DNA of 64,000 nt, from IMG/VR virus record IMGVR_UViG_2684623128_000006, positions 19,411 through 83,410 of that record; one strand, 5' to 3'. This stretch comes from a virus (lineage: Duplodnaviria > Caudoviricetes). Within the stretch, counting starts at the first letter, position 1. Each line of letters opens with the position of its first letter. Of this stretch, positions 7,828 through 18,672 are shown piece by piece. The notes under the pieces were generated by a model. It saw only the letters and a program-made list of their open reading frames with translations. It ran no database searches and was not told the origin of the DNA. The position numbers were made by a program, and so were the translations under genes.

Positions 7828-9501
7828 TTAATGGCTTTGGATTTCGGTTAGTAGGTCGAGAACTACGTCTCTAACGAATCGTTCCGCTTCGCTTTGGTCA
7901 GTCATGCCAATGGATTCCATCATTTTGTCGTTCTTGGCCACTTGAGCCGCGAGCTCGGAAATGACTTCATTGGCCAGCTCGGAATCGAGGCCAACAACGG
8001 ACGTGTAAAGATGGTTTTTAAGTTTCGGAGACTTGCCGATTGGGGATTGCTCGATAAGGTCAAGCACGGTAGTCAGGATGGTTGCGTAGTTCGCTTGCGA
8101 CTCCATTGCTGCCGACTTCTCTTGCTCGATAGCAGTGTTGAGTGAGTTAAATCGGATCTCGAATGGCATATCGTTGTCATTCCACACCTTGCCGTCTCGG
8201 TAGATGGTGTGAATGTCGATAGCGCGCTTAACGAACGCCACCACGGCTGCGCGGATTTGGTTGGCGCGTAGTGCAGATTGAATCGATGTGCGGAAGAAGC
8301 CGCCCTCGCCTAGTCCACCAGAAAGAAGATCACCAAACCCAAGCATGGATGGGTCTACGCCAAGCGTTCCGGCTAAGCGTTTAAGGTGAAACATAATGTC
8401 TTCGATGTGGGAGATATTCGGGTCAGTGGTAAAGGTATCGATCTGCAAGCCACCTTTAGCGCCGCCCATAAATGGCAATAGCGTGTTGATGACGGTTGGA
8501 ATGAAACCTAGCTTGCGGGAACGGTCTACCACCTCTTGACGGTCTTGCTTCATCTGGTCAGCGACCATGTTGATGTATTCCGCAGCTCCGGCCGCATCTA
8601 AGCCGTCAGTGTTTACCGCTACCATGCGATCGATAAGTGAAGCATTCACACGACTTGCGCCGAGCGCTGCAATGGACTGGCGAAGCATCGACCAAGCCTC
8701 AAAACAGGTAAGAAGAATGGATGTGCCGTAGTTCTGCGTCTCGATTGGCATGCGTGAATACGCATCGTCATAAAGTGAGTAGCGCTGGCCAGTGTAGTTA
8801 ACTGGCGGTATATCCATATCTGGTCGCCAGATTGGCATTTTTAGTGGGATAAGCGCCCAAGGCTCGGCAAGGCGTACCTGTTCGCCGTTCGCTCGGGTTT
8901 GTAGATATTCCGCAGTAAATCCCGCTAGCTCGCCCGAACGTTCGTACTCACGAATTTGGTTTGGCAACGTGTAGTAGTTGGCCTCAAAGTGAGTAATACC
9001 CACGCCCTCTTTCGTGTATGGGCGAACATAGTTAACCCCATAAACCAGCGTTGAATACGTCCAGTTCATTAGGTTTTCGTTGATTGGAGTTAGCAGCTCT
9101 CGGTTAAGACGGCCTACGTACTCGGCGTACTTCTCATCGGTTGGATGAAGATACACAGCCATGCCATTGTCGTTTGATACCGAAAGAGCGTGACCAAGGT
9201 GCAGATTGAGCGCGGCATCAATCGTGCTGTCCTCGGCCATTTCCTTGAGTATCGGATATAGCATGAAGCGATCTTTCGGCAGCTTGTGCAGAAAAAAGCG
9301 GTCTGAGCTTTTTCGACCGTCATTGGTCAGAGCGCCGTTGCTTTCATCTAATTGGTGTTCGCGATCGTGGAATGGCGATCCCGTGTATCCAGCGCCAGAT
9401 TCAAAACTGATCCCACTCTCTTTATCGTCATTCTCGTTAAAGAAAGGGAACGCTTGTTTTAAAGCTGCCGCTAGCCCAATTGATGCCTTGTTTTGCGACA
9501 T
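7828..9501 (-). CDS. prt: portal protein, P1 Prt-like
   Basis: MLGFGDLLSGGLGEGGFFRTSIQ motif; divergent from darB; ATG 9501 with GAGG SD. Confidence 0.88.
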   Translation of the reverse strand: MSQNKASIGLAAALKQAFPFFNENDDKESGISFESGAGYTGSPFHDREHQLDESNGALTNDGRKSSDRFFLHKLPKDRFMLYPILKEMAEDSTIDAALNLHLGHALSVSNDNGMAVYLHPTDEKYAEYVGRLNRELLTPINENLMNWTYSTLVYGVNYVRPYTKEGVGITHFEANYYTLPNQIREYERSGELAGFTAEYLQTRANGEQVRLAEPWALIPLKMPIWRPDMDIPPVNYTGQRYSLYDDAYSRMPIETQNYGTSILLTCFEAWSMLRQSIAALGASRVNASLIDRMVAVNTDGLDAAGAAEYINMVADQMKQDRQEVVDRSRKLGFIPTVINTLLPFMGGAKGGLQIDTFTTDPNISHIEDIMFHLKRLAGTLGVDPSMLGFGDLLSGGLGEGGFFRTSIQSALRANQIRAAVVAFVKRAIDIHTIYRDGKVWNDNDMPFEIRFNSLNTAIEQEKSAAMESQANYATILTTVLDLIEQSPIGKSPKLKNHLYTSVVGLDSELANEVISELAAQVAKNDKMMESIGMTDQSEAERFVRDVVLDLLTEIQSH

Positions 9502-9687
9502 GTGCGACCTCGGTAATTTGAGGCGCTTTTTACAGGGATGGGGATGATCTTGGATGATAGCGCATCGCGTCAATGTGACCAATACGATAATAAATCATTG
9601 ATTTTATACGCGTAAATTTTTTTCAGTCAAAGTTCAATTGCTTGCCTTTGAATCTTGGTTACTCACCAAAAACACTAATTTTTATTC

Positions 9688-9716
9688 TTGATGATAACAA
9701 CTGTGTTCGGAATAAT
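9688..9716 (+). promoter_or_regulatory. putative darB promoter overlapped by an operator
   Basis: TTGATG-17-AATAAT, with GTGTTCGGAAT at 9703-9713. Confidence 0.55.
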
Positions 9717-9818
9717 TTTCTCGTCCCTAAAAATCTACTTCCTTAGATATTTTAGATTATTCATTAACTTAAATTGATATTGATAGTGGCGTTTTTTTGG
9801 GATGGGGAATAGGAAAGG

Positions 9819-9850
9819 AAAAAGTCGGGCGAAAGCTCGACTTTTTTTTT
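9819..9850 (+). terminator. terminator-like hairpin in the darB leader
   Basis: AAAAAGTCGGGC-GAAA-GCTCGACTTTTTTTTT. Confidence 0.7.
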
Positions 9851-9882
9851 GGCTTTTATCTAAAGAATAAAAGGCACGTTCA

Positions 9883-12800
9883 ATGAACACTGACTTAACC
9901 CGCAGTATTGAACAGGCGACAACAATCGATGAACTGGTACGCCAGTTTGAAGCCTTGCTCGCTGTCGATATTAGCGACACTCCAAAAGGCCACCAGCGCC
10001 TTAAGGCTAACCAACTAGCCAAAGATATTCTCGCCAAGTACAACGGCGACTACTCCAACGTTTCACCCGAAGATAAAGCAGCTCTGCGCGACTACACAGG
10101 TTTTGGCGGTATCGGTGGCTCCACCAACGAATACTACACGCCTAAATGGCTGGCGAGCGCGACTTGGGATGCAGTTCGTTCCTATGACTTTACTGGCGGT
10201 AGCGTACTTGAACCAAGTTCGGGCGTGGGCGTATTTAGCGAAACCAAACCTAAAGGCACCCTGACTACATCGGTAGAAATGGATCAGACCTCAGCGGCCA
10301 TCAACCAAATTCTTCACCCCGAAGACCATGTAATCCAATCGGCATTCGAAGCGGTAGCAACTAATCCTGGCATTGGCGACTTTGACCTAGTGATCGGCAA
10401 CCCGCCTTATGGTGTTCGAGACGCTAGCGCGATGAAAGACAAAGCGTACAAAGACATTAAGTACGCTGATCAGTATTTCGTTTCTCGTTCTATCGATAAA
10501 GCGAAAGCTGGTGGCTTGATTGCCCTAGTGCTGCCAACTCGTATTTGTGATGCGAAAAACCTTGAGAAGTGGCGTACACAACTCGCGCTTAAAGCGGAGT
10601 TTTTGGGCGCGCACCGACTACCAACGGGCACGTTCGCTGATACGGGCGTAGTAACTGACCTTGTTATCTGGCGCAAACACAGCGACCAAGCGAAAGCACT
10701 GATTGATAGCGCCGACCGTGACACGCTGATTGAATCTAACGTACTTTGGGACACTTGGCTCAAAGGTAAGTGGTTCGAGCGCGAGGGTAAGAAATTCATC
10801 AACGGCGAACAGACTGTTGAGGGCGTAGGTAAGTTTGCGCGCAAAGTCGTGAAGCGTGGCAACCGTTCTAACGATGATATTAAAGAGTCGTTAATGCGCC
10901 GCTTTGACAGTCGCATTGATTGGATGTTACTCGATGAAGCGGTTAGCGAGCCAGTGAGCGCGAAATACTCCGATGGAGACACGATGTTCCGCAATGGCCA
11001 GCAGTACGAAATGATTTATGGCGAATGGGAGCTATCTGAAAGCAATGCGAAAACAGGCGTTATCAGTAAGGCGACCTATGGCGTAGATAACACCGATGAG
11101 ATCGGTTCTATCACCTACTCTACTGAATCGATGCTTAAGCTATCGGCCAGCCAAGCGCTCAAGCTTTTCGAAGATTACGGTTACTTGTGTCATGACGACT
11201 TTAAAGCCCTAATGCGCGAGATTGCCAAGCTGCCAAAAGCAAGCCAAGAACACGCTTACAAAGGCATTCTACTTGGCATGAAAGTTCAAACACTTGCAAC
11301 GCTGGTTGCTGGTAGCCGAACGACATCCAATAGCGACTTGGCCAACATGGCAATGGGCGCGGAGGACTTCCAGACCGAACAATATCGCGTGAAGTTAAGC
11401 GGCGAAGTGTTAGAGCTGAACGCACTAATGGGCGGCTCTAAGGTATCGAAGAAAGCGCTAAGCAACTTAAGCGAGAAGTACGTCTCTGCATGGAATTACT
11501 ACCACTCATCGATCGATTCTAAGGGCAAACTGTCTGACCTACTCAAAGGCGACCTTAAGCGTGAGCTGACCGTTCAATACAGTTCGTCTCGCATTGGTGA
11601 CGTGTTCCATCTATGTGACCGTGAACTAGGCATAACCACACTGACACTGCATGACGTTCGCACGTATTACACCGCAAGCGGTATCGATGCGATGAGCGAT
11701 GAGCAGTTGCTTGATTACCTAGCGAACATGGATGAGGTAGCGGTAAATCCTGACGGCACGGTGACGGCATTCCACAAAGCGACGACTGGCCTAGTCGGTA
11801 AGCGCATGGATCAGCTAACCACACAATTAGTATCGGCCACCAGCGATACCGTGAAAGCTAACATCATGCGCCAAATCCAAGCCATTGAATCTAAGCGAAA
11901 CAAGATCTCGATTGCCGATGTGAAGATGAAGCTTACCGATAAGTGGATTCCTAAAAACATCATGCTTGAGTTCCTGCATGACCGTGGCTACACGGAATTT
12001 ATCTTGGGCGACTTTACCGAGGATAAGGACGGCTTTGAAGATTTCGTGCAAAGCGAATCCGGCCAATACCTTACTGGCTACCGTTGGCGTGATGGCGAAT
12101 GGATTGATGGCCTAACTCGTAATGGCGTGAAAGGTAAAGCAGCGAACAGCGATGAGCGATTTGAGCGTCAAATTGAATCGTACATCAACTATGGTGCGGT
12201 TCGTGGCGGTAGTAAGAACGAAGATAAATCACTTATCCGTGAACAAATGCGCCGCCTCGATGATGAGTTTTCCACATGGATTGCATCATCTGACCATTCA
12301 GAATACTTGGAACAGGTTTACAACAATACGTTTAACGGTTGGATTAAGCCGGAGTTTGATGACTCACCACTAACGCTAAATGGCGTATCTGGTGCGATTG
12401 AGTTCCTACCTTACCAAAACTCAACGATTCGCCGTCACAGTGCAGACGGTAACGGCATTATTGCCTTTGGTACTGGCTTGGGTAAAACGCTCACTGGCCT
12501 TGGCCTCGTGCAGCACAACCTAGAAACCAAACGCGCCAACCGTGTGGCCATCGTTGTTCCTAAATCCGTGTTAGAGAACTGGTTCTATGAGTCCGACCTG
12601 TTCTTTGGTGAAAGCAATCTATCTGACAAGGTATTTATCGGCCTTGAAGTTCACAAAGACGATGACGGAAAAATCATTCGGGAACCGGTATTAGATGAAA
12701 CGGGCGAACCGAAGTTAGACAAGAAAGGCGGCCCTATCTTGCGCGCCAAACTGACCGTAGACACAAACGGCAAGCGCGTAGCAGAACAGCTCCACCAGCT

Positions 12801-15800
12801 TACACAGTCAACCGCTCGCATCGTGGTAATGACAAAAGACGTGTACAACCGCATTCCATTGAAGCCGGACACCATTACGGCCAACGTGCTTGAAATGCGC
12901 GATGCTGGTTTGATTGCTGGTTCAAGCAAGCTAGTTAAGGAAGCGGAAAGCCACACAGAGCAAGCGAAGAACGCGCGCTTTGAAGCGAAATATGCTGACG
13001 ATGGTACGGCCAAAAACGAAGAACTACCGTACTTTGAGGACTTGCTGTTCGATTCGGTTATGGTCGATGAGGCGCATGATTTCCGCAACTCGTACAAGGG
13101 CGGCTCATACCGAAACAATCTGGCATTCTTGCCTAGCCAAGCGCAAGCCGATCGCGCTATCGATATGCAGCTTAAGAACAACGTCATTAAGGCTCGCAAT
13201 GACGGTCGAGGCGTTTACTTCCTAACAGCTACGCCAACCGTAAACAGCCCTGTTGATATGTTCAATATGCTGTCCCACATCATTCCGGCAGACACGTTTG
13301 CCAAGATGGGGATCTTTGACAGCGACGACTTTATCCGCATGTTTGGTAAGACTGGCGAAGCGCTGGTTACTAAGATTTCGGGCGAAGTTGAACAGCGTGA
13401 AGCCCTACTCGGATTCCAAAACCTAGACGCACTTCGAAACATCGTTAACCGCTACATGACGATCGAGGATGCTAAATCCGTTGGTGCCAACGTTCACATT
13501 CCTGACCTGATTAGCCAGCAAAGCGTTGTCCAAATGAATGGCGAACAGGAAGCGCTATATGAGGAACTACGCCAGCGCGCTGACGCAATCAGTAATCCAG
13601 ACAAAGACGAAAACCAAGAGATTGTAGAGCAATACCCTAACGACACGGTTTTCGGCCTAATCCGTAAAATGGACAAGGTAAGTACAGACCTTGATTTGTA
13701 CTATGAGCGTGTTACCTACCGATTCGCCAAGGACAACAAAAAAGAGGTTGAGGCGGCAGTAGCTAAGCTACCAAATACCGTCACGGTCGCTTTTGAGGAT
13801 GTGGCACCAGACGGCACGGTTAAGCTAAGCAAAATCCAAGTTAAGGTTGATAAGAGCGTTAAGGTCGAGGGCGATCACTGCGTGGTTCAGCTCCACCAGC
13901 AACTTGATGACCGATTCACAAACATTTGTGACAAGGCCAAGTTGAAATTTACGCACCCTGTCTCCCCTAAGTACGCCAAGTTCCTTGAGAACGCGCGCGA
14001 GATTTATCTGGCTGGCGGTAAGCAGCTTGTCTTTACCGAAGAAAAAACACAGCACAAGAAAGTCGCACGAATCATTGCGGATTTTGTTGGTTGTAAGCTG
14101 TCTGAAATCGGCATTTTGAACAGCGATACCGTTGCGGGTAAGAAAGGCTCTAAAGCGACTGAGGACGATGAGGAAGCGGGTTTGGAAGCAATGGCCAATG
14201 CTTACAACACCTCGAAATACAAATTCATGATCCTCAATAAAAAAGGCGAAGTCGGCATCAACTTGCATCATGGCACAACCGATATTCACCACTTAACGCT
14301 ACCTTGGACTCCAATGAGTATCACACAGCGTAATGGCCGTGGCGCGCGTGTTGGCTCTAAACAAAACAGCGTGAACGTTCACTACTACACGTCGAAAGGC
14401 TCATTCGATGATTTCCGCTTGGCCACAATCCAACGCAAAGCCACTTGGATTGAGACAATGTTCAAAGGTGATGAAAAGTACATTGCGAACGCCGATGCAG
14501 ACGCAGCCGACGAAACTGCAATCATGCTGGCAGCAAATCCAGAAGAAGCGAAAGCCCGTATCGAAGCGGCTAAGCGTCAAGCTGAGCGCAAGCGCAAATT
14601 AGAGGAACGCCGACTAGCAAGTATTAACGTCAGCAAGTACATCAAAGCCACCCAAATGCTTGCTTTGGATGTGAGTGCGGTTGAGGGCGAGTTGGCCGAA
14701 CTACGCGAGAAGTTAGAGCCACTACGCAAAGAGGTGGAAGAAGATCGCCTACGTGCAGAGGGCGAGAAGCGCGGCAGTTGGCAGCACAAAAACTACCAAC
14801 GCACCAAAGGCAGACTGTTTGCGCTAGAAAGCCAAATCAAAACCTATGAGGCAGCGATCAAAAACCGCGACAAAGCGAGCGATACCATCAAGAAATTGAA
14901 ACCAGCAATGGAGCTGGCCATCAATGACGGTGTGTTAAAGGATTACCCTGACTTCCTAACTCATCCAGAGTTGTACATTGTTCGCAACGGTGTGATTGTG
15001 CGTAATGGCTACACCTACAAAGCCGAAGTTAAGAGCCGTTCTTGGAGCGCCGAGTACGATTCAAAAGCAACAATTATGATAACCAACTTCGACCGTAAAT
15101 CTGGCACGGTGGACGGCTTTATTACTGAAATGGACGGCGAACCAGCGTCACGCAACTATGTCGATCTACCTGTTGAGCGCATCATTGAAATTGCGCCAGT
15201 GAATCAGGATAGAGCTGCGCTAGAAGCAAAAGCGCTCCAAGGTATACCACTAAGTGAAGTCGCTCATACGTTTGACCGTGAGACGTTCTTTGAACTGGTC
15301 GCAGAAAAGAAAATGAAAGCCTACGGTAACAGCCGCCGTTGTTTGGTGCGCAATGCTGACGGCTCATTCTCTACGCCGTGGGGACTGGATGTTGAACCAG
15401 ACCAAACGCTGATTTATCCAGATGCGAGCGATAAAGCGATCGTGAAAGCCCTACTCGACCAAGTAACCAAGCAATTGGAAGATAAAGGTCGCGTGATGTT
15501 GGAACTCGACATTCTAAGTTTCTTTATCGGTAGCGATTGGGACAAACAGGCGATGGAAAACGGCAACCAAGTGAGCGAACAGGAAGTTGTTGAACTGGTG
15601 ACACTTGAGATCAAAGCATTCGAGGAAAAATACCCTGAGCTTTATCAAGAAGCGTTACTGAAAGCAGAGACGACTTACAAAACGTCTATCACTTTCCTTA
15701 AAGAGCTAGATAACCATCTAAGCAATTTGAAATGGACAGGTTACACCAACGCACACGAAGCGCGCCGCCTATCGGCTCGTGAGTTCACTCGTTACACCGA

Positions 15801-16602
15801 TATTCTGACCGAACGCTCTAGCGAATACCGCACAGAGCTGGAAGATAAGCTATTCGCTGACTTCACTAAGCTGGTGGCTAACGACCCTGACCGTGCGAAA
15901 CGTCTATCACAGATCGCGTACTGGATGACGCAATACAAACCAACGACCGATACTCACCTACTGAAAAAGGTCGATGCGATTTACGGCGAAAACTCACAAG
16001 AAACCATGCTTAAGGTATGTGCCGACCTACACGCTATTGGCGAACGTGAGTTCCTATCCGGTGATGGCCTAATCTTCTCGGATGACTGGTCATTGAATCG
16101 CATGAAAGGTGCGTATGGTTCGCTATTCACTTATCGCAGCGCACAGCGTGAGGAATTTATCGAGAAGTACCTAAATGCGGATAAGCCGGAAAAGGCCGAG
16201 GTTAAAGTGACCGAAACGCAGAAAGTGAAAATCGATAATATCTCTGCCATTAACGTAGAGAGCATCGAGAAGTTTAGCGAACTAATGTCAGGCATTGGCA
16301 TCGACGTTAAAATGGTGACTTCACCAATTAGCTGGAAGCCTAAGCGCGGTCGCAACCGAAAAGAGATTGTTGTAGAGCCATACGAGCGCATTGGTTTGAT
16401 GGACAACAATGGCCTTAAAGGTTCGCTTAAAGTGATGTTCGCTGGTGACAAGGAAGCTAAGGCCGAGTACGGCGCTGACTTCGCATCAAACGCAAGCAGT
16501 GAATTTAATGGCGGCTGGTGGTTTATCTCTGCGAAAGCGGATTTGGAATTGCTAGCGAAATCGCTATTAACCATTCATAACACAATGGCCGAAGCTGCCT
16601 AA
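9883..16602 (+). CDS. darB: DarB anti-restriction protein (N6-adenine MTase plus SNF2 helicase)
   Basis: EYYTP, VLEPSSGVG, GNPPY; GTGLGKT, DEAH, TATP, QRNGRGAR; 2239 aa. Confidence 0.93.
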   Translation: MNTDLTRSIEQATTIDELVRQFEALLAVDISDTPKGHQRLKANQLAKDILAKYNGDYSNVSPEDKAALRDYTGFGGIGGSTNEYYTPKWLASATWDAVRSYDFTGGSVLEPSSGVGVFSETKPKGTLTTSVEMDQTSAAINQILHPEDHVIQSAFEAVATNPGIGDFDLVIGNPPYGVRDASAMKDKAYKDIKYADQYFVSRSIDKAKAGGLIALVLPTRICDAKNLEKWRTQLALKAEFLGAHRLPTGTFADTGVVTDLVIWRKHSDQAKALIDSADRDTLIESNVLWDTWLKGKWFEREGKKFINGEQTVEGVGKFARKVVKRGNRSNDDIKESLMRRFDSRIDWMLLDEAVSEPVSAKYSDGDTMFRNGQQYEMIYGEWELSESNAKTGVISKATYGVDNTDEIGSITYSTESMLKLSASQALKLFEDYGYLCHDDFKALMREIAKLPKASQEHAYKGILLGMKVQTLATLVAGSRTTSNSDLANMAMGAEDFQTEQYRVKLSGEVLELNALMGGSKVSKKALSNLSEKYVSAWNYYHSSIDSKGKLSDLLKGDLKRELTVQYSSSRIGDVFHLCDRELGITTLTLHDVRTYYTASGIDAMSDEQLLDYLANMDEVAVNPDGTVTAFHKATTGLVGKRMDQLTTQLVSATSDTVKANIMRQIQAIESKRNKISIADVKMKLTDKWIPKNIMLEFLHDRGYTEFILGDFTEDKDGFEDFVQSESGQYLTGYRWRDGEWIDGLTRNGVKGKAANSDERFERQIESYINYGAVRGGSKNEDKSLIREQMRRLDDEFSTWIASSDHSEYLEQVYNNTFNGWIKPEFDDSPLTLNGVSGAIEFLPYQNSTIRRHSADGNGIIAFGTGLGKTLTGLGLVQHNLETKRANRVAIVVPKSVLENWFYESDLFFGESNLSDKVFIGLEVHKDDDGKIIREPVLDETGEPKLDKKGGPILRAKLTVDTNGKRVAEQLHQLTQSTARIVVMTKDVYNRIPLKPDTITANVLEMRDAGLIAGSSKLVKEAESHTEQAKNARFEAKYADDGTAKNEELPYFEDLLFDSVMVDEAHDFRNSYKGGSYRNNLAFLPSQAQADRAIDMQLKNNVIKARNDGRGVYFLTATPTVNSPVDMFNMLSHIIPADTFAKMGIFDSDDFIRMFGKTGEALVTKISGEVEQREALLGFQNLDALRNIVNRYMTIEDAKSVGANVHIPDLISQQSVVQMNGEQEALYEELRQRADAISNPDKDENQEIVEQYPNDTVFGLIRKMDKVSTDLDLYYERVTYRFAKDNKKEVEAAVAKLPNTVTVAFEDVAPDGTVKLSKIQVKVDKSVKVEGDHCVVQLHQQLDDRFTNICDKAKLKFTHPVSPKYAKFLENAREIYLAGGKQLVFTEEKTQHKKVARIIADFVGCKLSEIGILNSDTVAGKKGSKATEDDEEAGLEAMANAYNTSKYKFMILNKKGEVGINLHHGTTDIHHLTLPWTPMSITQRNGRGARVGSKQNSVNVHYYTSKGSFDDFRLATIQRKATWIETMFKGDEKYIANADADAADETAIMLAANPEEAKARIEAAKRQAERKRKLEERRLASINVSKYIKATQMLALDVSAVEGELAELREKLEPLRKEVEEDRLRAEGEKRGSWQHKNYQRTKGRLFALESQIKTYEAAIKNRDKASDTIKKLKPAMELAINDGVLKDYPDFLTHPELYIVRNGVIVRNGYTYKAEVKSRSWSAEYDSKATIMITNFDRKSGTVDGFITEMDGEPASRNYVDLPVERIIEIAPVNQDRAALEAKALQGIPLSEVAHTFDRETFFELVAEKKMKAYGNSRRCLVRNADGSFSTPWGLDVEPDQTLIYPDASDKAIVKALLDQVTKQLEDKGRVMLELDILSFFIGSDWDKQAMENGNQVSEQEVVELVTLEIKAFEEKYPELYQEALLKAETTYKTSITFLKELDNHLSNLKWTGYTNAHEARRLSAREFTRYTDILTERSSEYRTELEDKLFADFTKLVANDPDRAKRLSQIAYWMTQYKPTTDTHLLKKVDAIYGENSQETMLKVCADLHAIGEREFLSGDGLIFSDDWSLNRMKGAYGSLFTYRSAQREEFIEKYLNADKPEKAEVKVTETQKVKIDNISAINVESIEKFSELMSGIGIDVKMVTSPISWKPKRGRNRKEIVVEPYERIGLMDNNGLKGSLKVMFAGDKEAKAEYGADFASNASSEFNGGWWFISAKADLELLAKSLLTIHNTMAEAA

Positions 16603-16657
16603 CTCAAATTTTCGCATGCGAAAAGTTCTCGCATGCGAAAACTTTTTGGAGACAACA

Positions 16658-17083
16658 ATGATTACCCAAGTGAAATTGCCTACCGTTGAAGATCTACAGC
16701 CCTTACTCGATGAGGCGCTAGAAACAGCGCAAAGCAAAGAAGCATTTATCCAAGCTCAAGTAGATGGCATTTACAAAACACTTAAAGCCAATCCGCTCAT
16801 GTACCGTCACTATGGCGCTTATTGGTGGGCGGTTAAATCGCTCATGGCCAAGCATGGTTATGACCTTGGCAGCGATTCAGAAGTGATCACAGAGCAACAC
16901 TTCAATTTCGAAGACCCTGCGATTTTGTTGTGTGCTGCGTGGGCGTACCAGCAAGAGCAAGTTGATAAAGGCTACTGGCAAGCAAACCTACATACCTACT
17001 ACGTCGATGATGAAGAATTTGAATATTCTATCGAGGACGTAAATCTCGAAGCGTGGAGTGTTAACAGCAAATCGATGCGTTAA
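16658..17083 (+). CDS. ulx: Ulx-like protein (DarB packaging helper)
   Basis: LKANPLMYRHYGAYW resembles P1 Ulx LLKNPRLYRSYGPYW; follows darB; GGAG SD before ATG 16658. Confidence 0.8.
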   Translation: MITQVKLPTVEDLQPLLDEALETAQSKEAFIQAQVDGIYKTLKANPLMYRHYGAYWWAVKSLMAKHGYDLGSDSEVITEQHFNFEDPAILLCAAWAYQQEQVDKGYWQANLHTYYVDDEEFEYSIEDVNLEAWSVNSKSMR

Positions 17084-17231
17084 GTTTTCGCATGCGAAAA
17101 CTTTTTCTCATATGCCCGTCATTTTTGGCGGGTATTTTTTTGCATGGAATTTGGTAAGAAGTTCTCGCATGCGAAAACTATACGGAATGGGATGTTTTAA
17201 AGTTCTCGCATGCGAAAACTTTTGAGATAGA

Positions 17232-17267
17232 AAAAATAAACCCCGCCACTGAACAAATGGCGGGGAT
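17232..17267 (-). terminator. rho-independent terminator
   Basis: CCCCGCCA/TGGCGGGG stem with a T tail on the minus strand. Confidence 0.65.
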
Positions 17268-17586
17268 TGCACGTTGAACAGATAAGCTTTGATGCAATCA
17301 ATCCTACCCCTAATAGTTTTGTTGCCGCCTATCTGTAATTTAATGTATATGAAATAATTTTCATATTCAACAGGTTTTTCAATATTTTTTATTAAAAACA
17401 ATGAATTATGCAACTGGGTGCTGTTCCCTTCTTATGCCTGTTGACGCTGCTCTTTGTAACCTAGTTAAGTAATAGAATTGTCAAAAAGTTTTCGCATGCG
17501 AAAACACATGGAATCAATCTCACAATTTATCTGATGTTCTCGCATGCGAAAACTTGTGCAATTGGTTCTGTTTGTTACTTTTTTTC

Positions 17587-17632
17587 TTGTACTGTTGCTA
17601 CTGGCAACGTATAGTGTGTACATGTTGCCAGT
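17587..17632 (+). promoter_or_regulatory. par operon promoter with an inverted-repeat operator
   Basis: TTGTAC-17-TATAGT; ACTGGCAAC (17600) / GTTGCCAGT (17624) inverted repeat spans the -10. Confidence 0.7.
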
Positions 17633-17655
17633 GACAACAATCGAGAGGCATTGAT

Positions 17656-17895
17656 ATGGCATCCAAGGAACGATGCGAAAGATTAAATCAATTAGTCCAA
17701 AAGGCAGGAAGTACCAGAAAAGCCAAGCAGCTCATTGATGGCGTTAAGGGTGTAAGCCCTTGCCACACTGCTATTTACAAAGCAATGCACGGCGGCGGTA
17801 CAACTGATTACGTAGTTCAGTGCTATATCGAGGATCTTGAGGTAGCACTGAGCAAACCAAAACAGCAAACAAATTCCACCAGCAAAGGAAATTAA
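17656..17895 (+). CDS. small protein at the head of the par operon (putative regulator)
   Basis: 79 aa, GAGG SD, ends 3 nt before parA. Confidence 0.7.
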   Translation: MASKERCERLNQLVQKAGSTRKAKQLIDGVKGVSPCHTAIYKAMHGGGTTDYVVQCYIEDLEVALSKPKQQTNSTSKGN

Positions 17896-17898
17896 TTA

Positions 17899-18672
17899 AT
17901 GAGCATTATCATGGCGATTGCCAACCAAAAAGGCGGCGTTGGTAAAACAACTTGTACTTACAACTTTGGCATTAGCATCGCTAGCCAAGGCAACAAATGT
18001 CTATTCCTGGACTTTGACCCACAAAACAACTTAGGCGGCTCAATCGCACCGGAAATGGTCGAGAATCCAGAGTACACATCTGCGAGCTGCCTACACAACG
18101 CTTACAACCTTTTTGAAAATCCAGTAAAGGCTAAACCTTTCGAAGTCAGCGAAAACGTACACGTTATTGGCGGCGATAAGCGCATGGGTAACATTACTCA
18201 ATCACAAATCTTAAACGTGGCTGAGTCTATCGACCTTATCAAAGACGACTACGACTATATCTTTATCGACTGTCCACCAGCGGCGAACGCGCTACAGCAT
18301 GCAGCGCTACTTGTGGCCAGCAAGCTACTTATCATTAGCCAAGCACAAAAAATGTCGATCAAAGGCGTTAATGAGCTGGTTAAGACCTCGCGCCAAATCC
18401 GTCGAATGAACCCTGACTTGGAAGTATTAGGCATTGTCCTAAACCTTATCGAAGCCAACATTACAAACGACCAGCGCGAACAGGAAGCGGAACTTCGTAA
18501 AGAGTACGGCAACCTAGTTTTTGAAAACAAACTGATTAAAACAACGCGCGTAAGTGAAGCTCTAAACCAAGGCAAAGCACTGATTGAAACCAACCCTAAA
18601 GCGGCTGATAAATTCGGCTTTACAGCGGTTTGTGATGAGCTTTGCAAGCGCATGGTAGAGGTGACAGCATGA
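17899..18672 (+). CDS. parA: ParA/Soj-family ATPase
   Basis: NQKGGVGKTT deviant Walker A, DFDPQ, YIFIDCPP; no N-terminal HTH. Confidence 0.95.
   Translation: MSIIMAIANQKGGVGKTTCTYNFGISIASQGNKCLFLDFDPQNNLGGSIAPEMVENPEYTSASCLHNAYNLFENPVKAKPFEVSENVHVIGGDKRMGNITQSQILNVAESIDLIKDDYDYIFIDCPPAANALQHAALLVASKLLIISQAQKMSIKGVNELVKTSRQIRRMNPDLEVLGIVLNLIEANITNDQREQEAELRKEYGNLVFENKLIKTTRVSEALNQGKALIETNPKAADKFGFTAVCDELCKRMVEVTA

Larger units (their letters stand above)
16609..17553. repeat. cluster of 7 palindromic parS-like sites GTTYTCGCATGCGAAAAC
   Basis: Copies at 16609, 16625, 17084, 17161, 17202, 17488, 17536, upstream of parAB. Confidence 0.8.

Noticed and set aside
9787-9820. G-rich polar motif as KOPS or Chi
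   Set aside because: Does not match GGGNAGGG or GCTGGTGG and is confined to intergenic positions
10470-16574. Many antisense ORFs inside darB (and inside darA, tail and capsid genes)
   Set aside because: Shadow ORFs produced by codon bias, with no SD or recognisable motifs
17108-17413. 101-aa minus-strand ORF (likewise 29519-29842 and the 16616 start of ulx)
   Set aside because: They run through palindromic sites and terminators and share KFSHAR/MRK artefact peptides
17084-17553. Palindromic repeats with short spacers as a CRISPR array
   Set aside because: At most two regularly spaced copies per locus, spacers resemble each other, sites are dispersed and no cas genes are present; parS-like sites fit better
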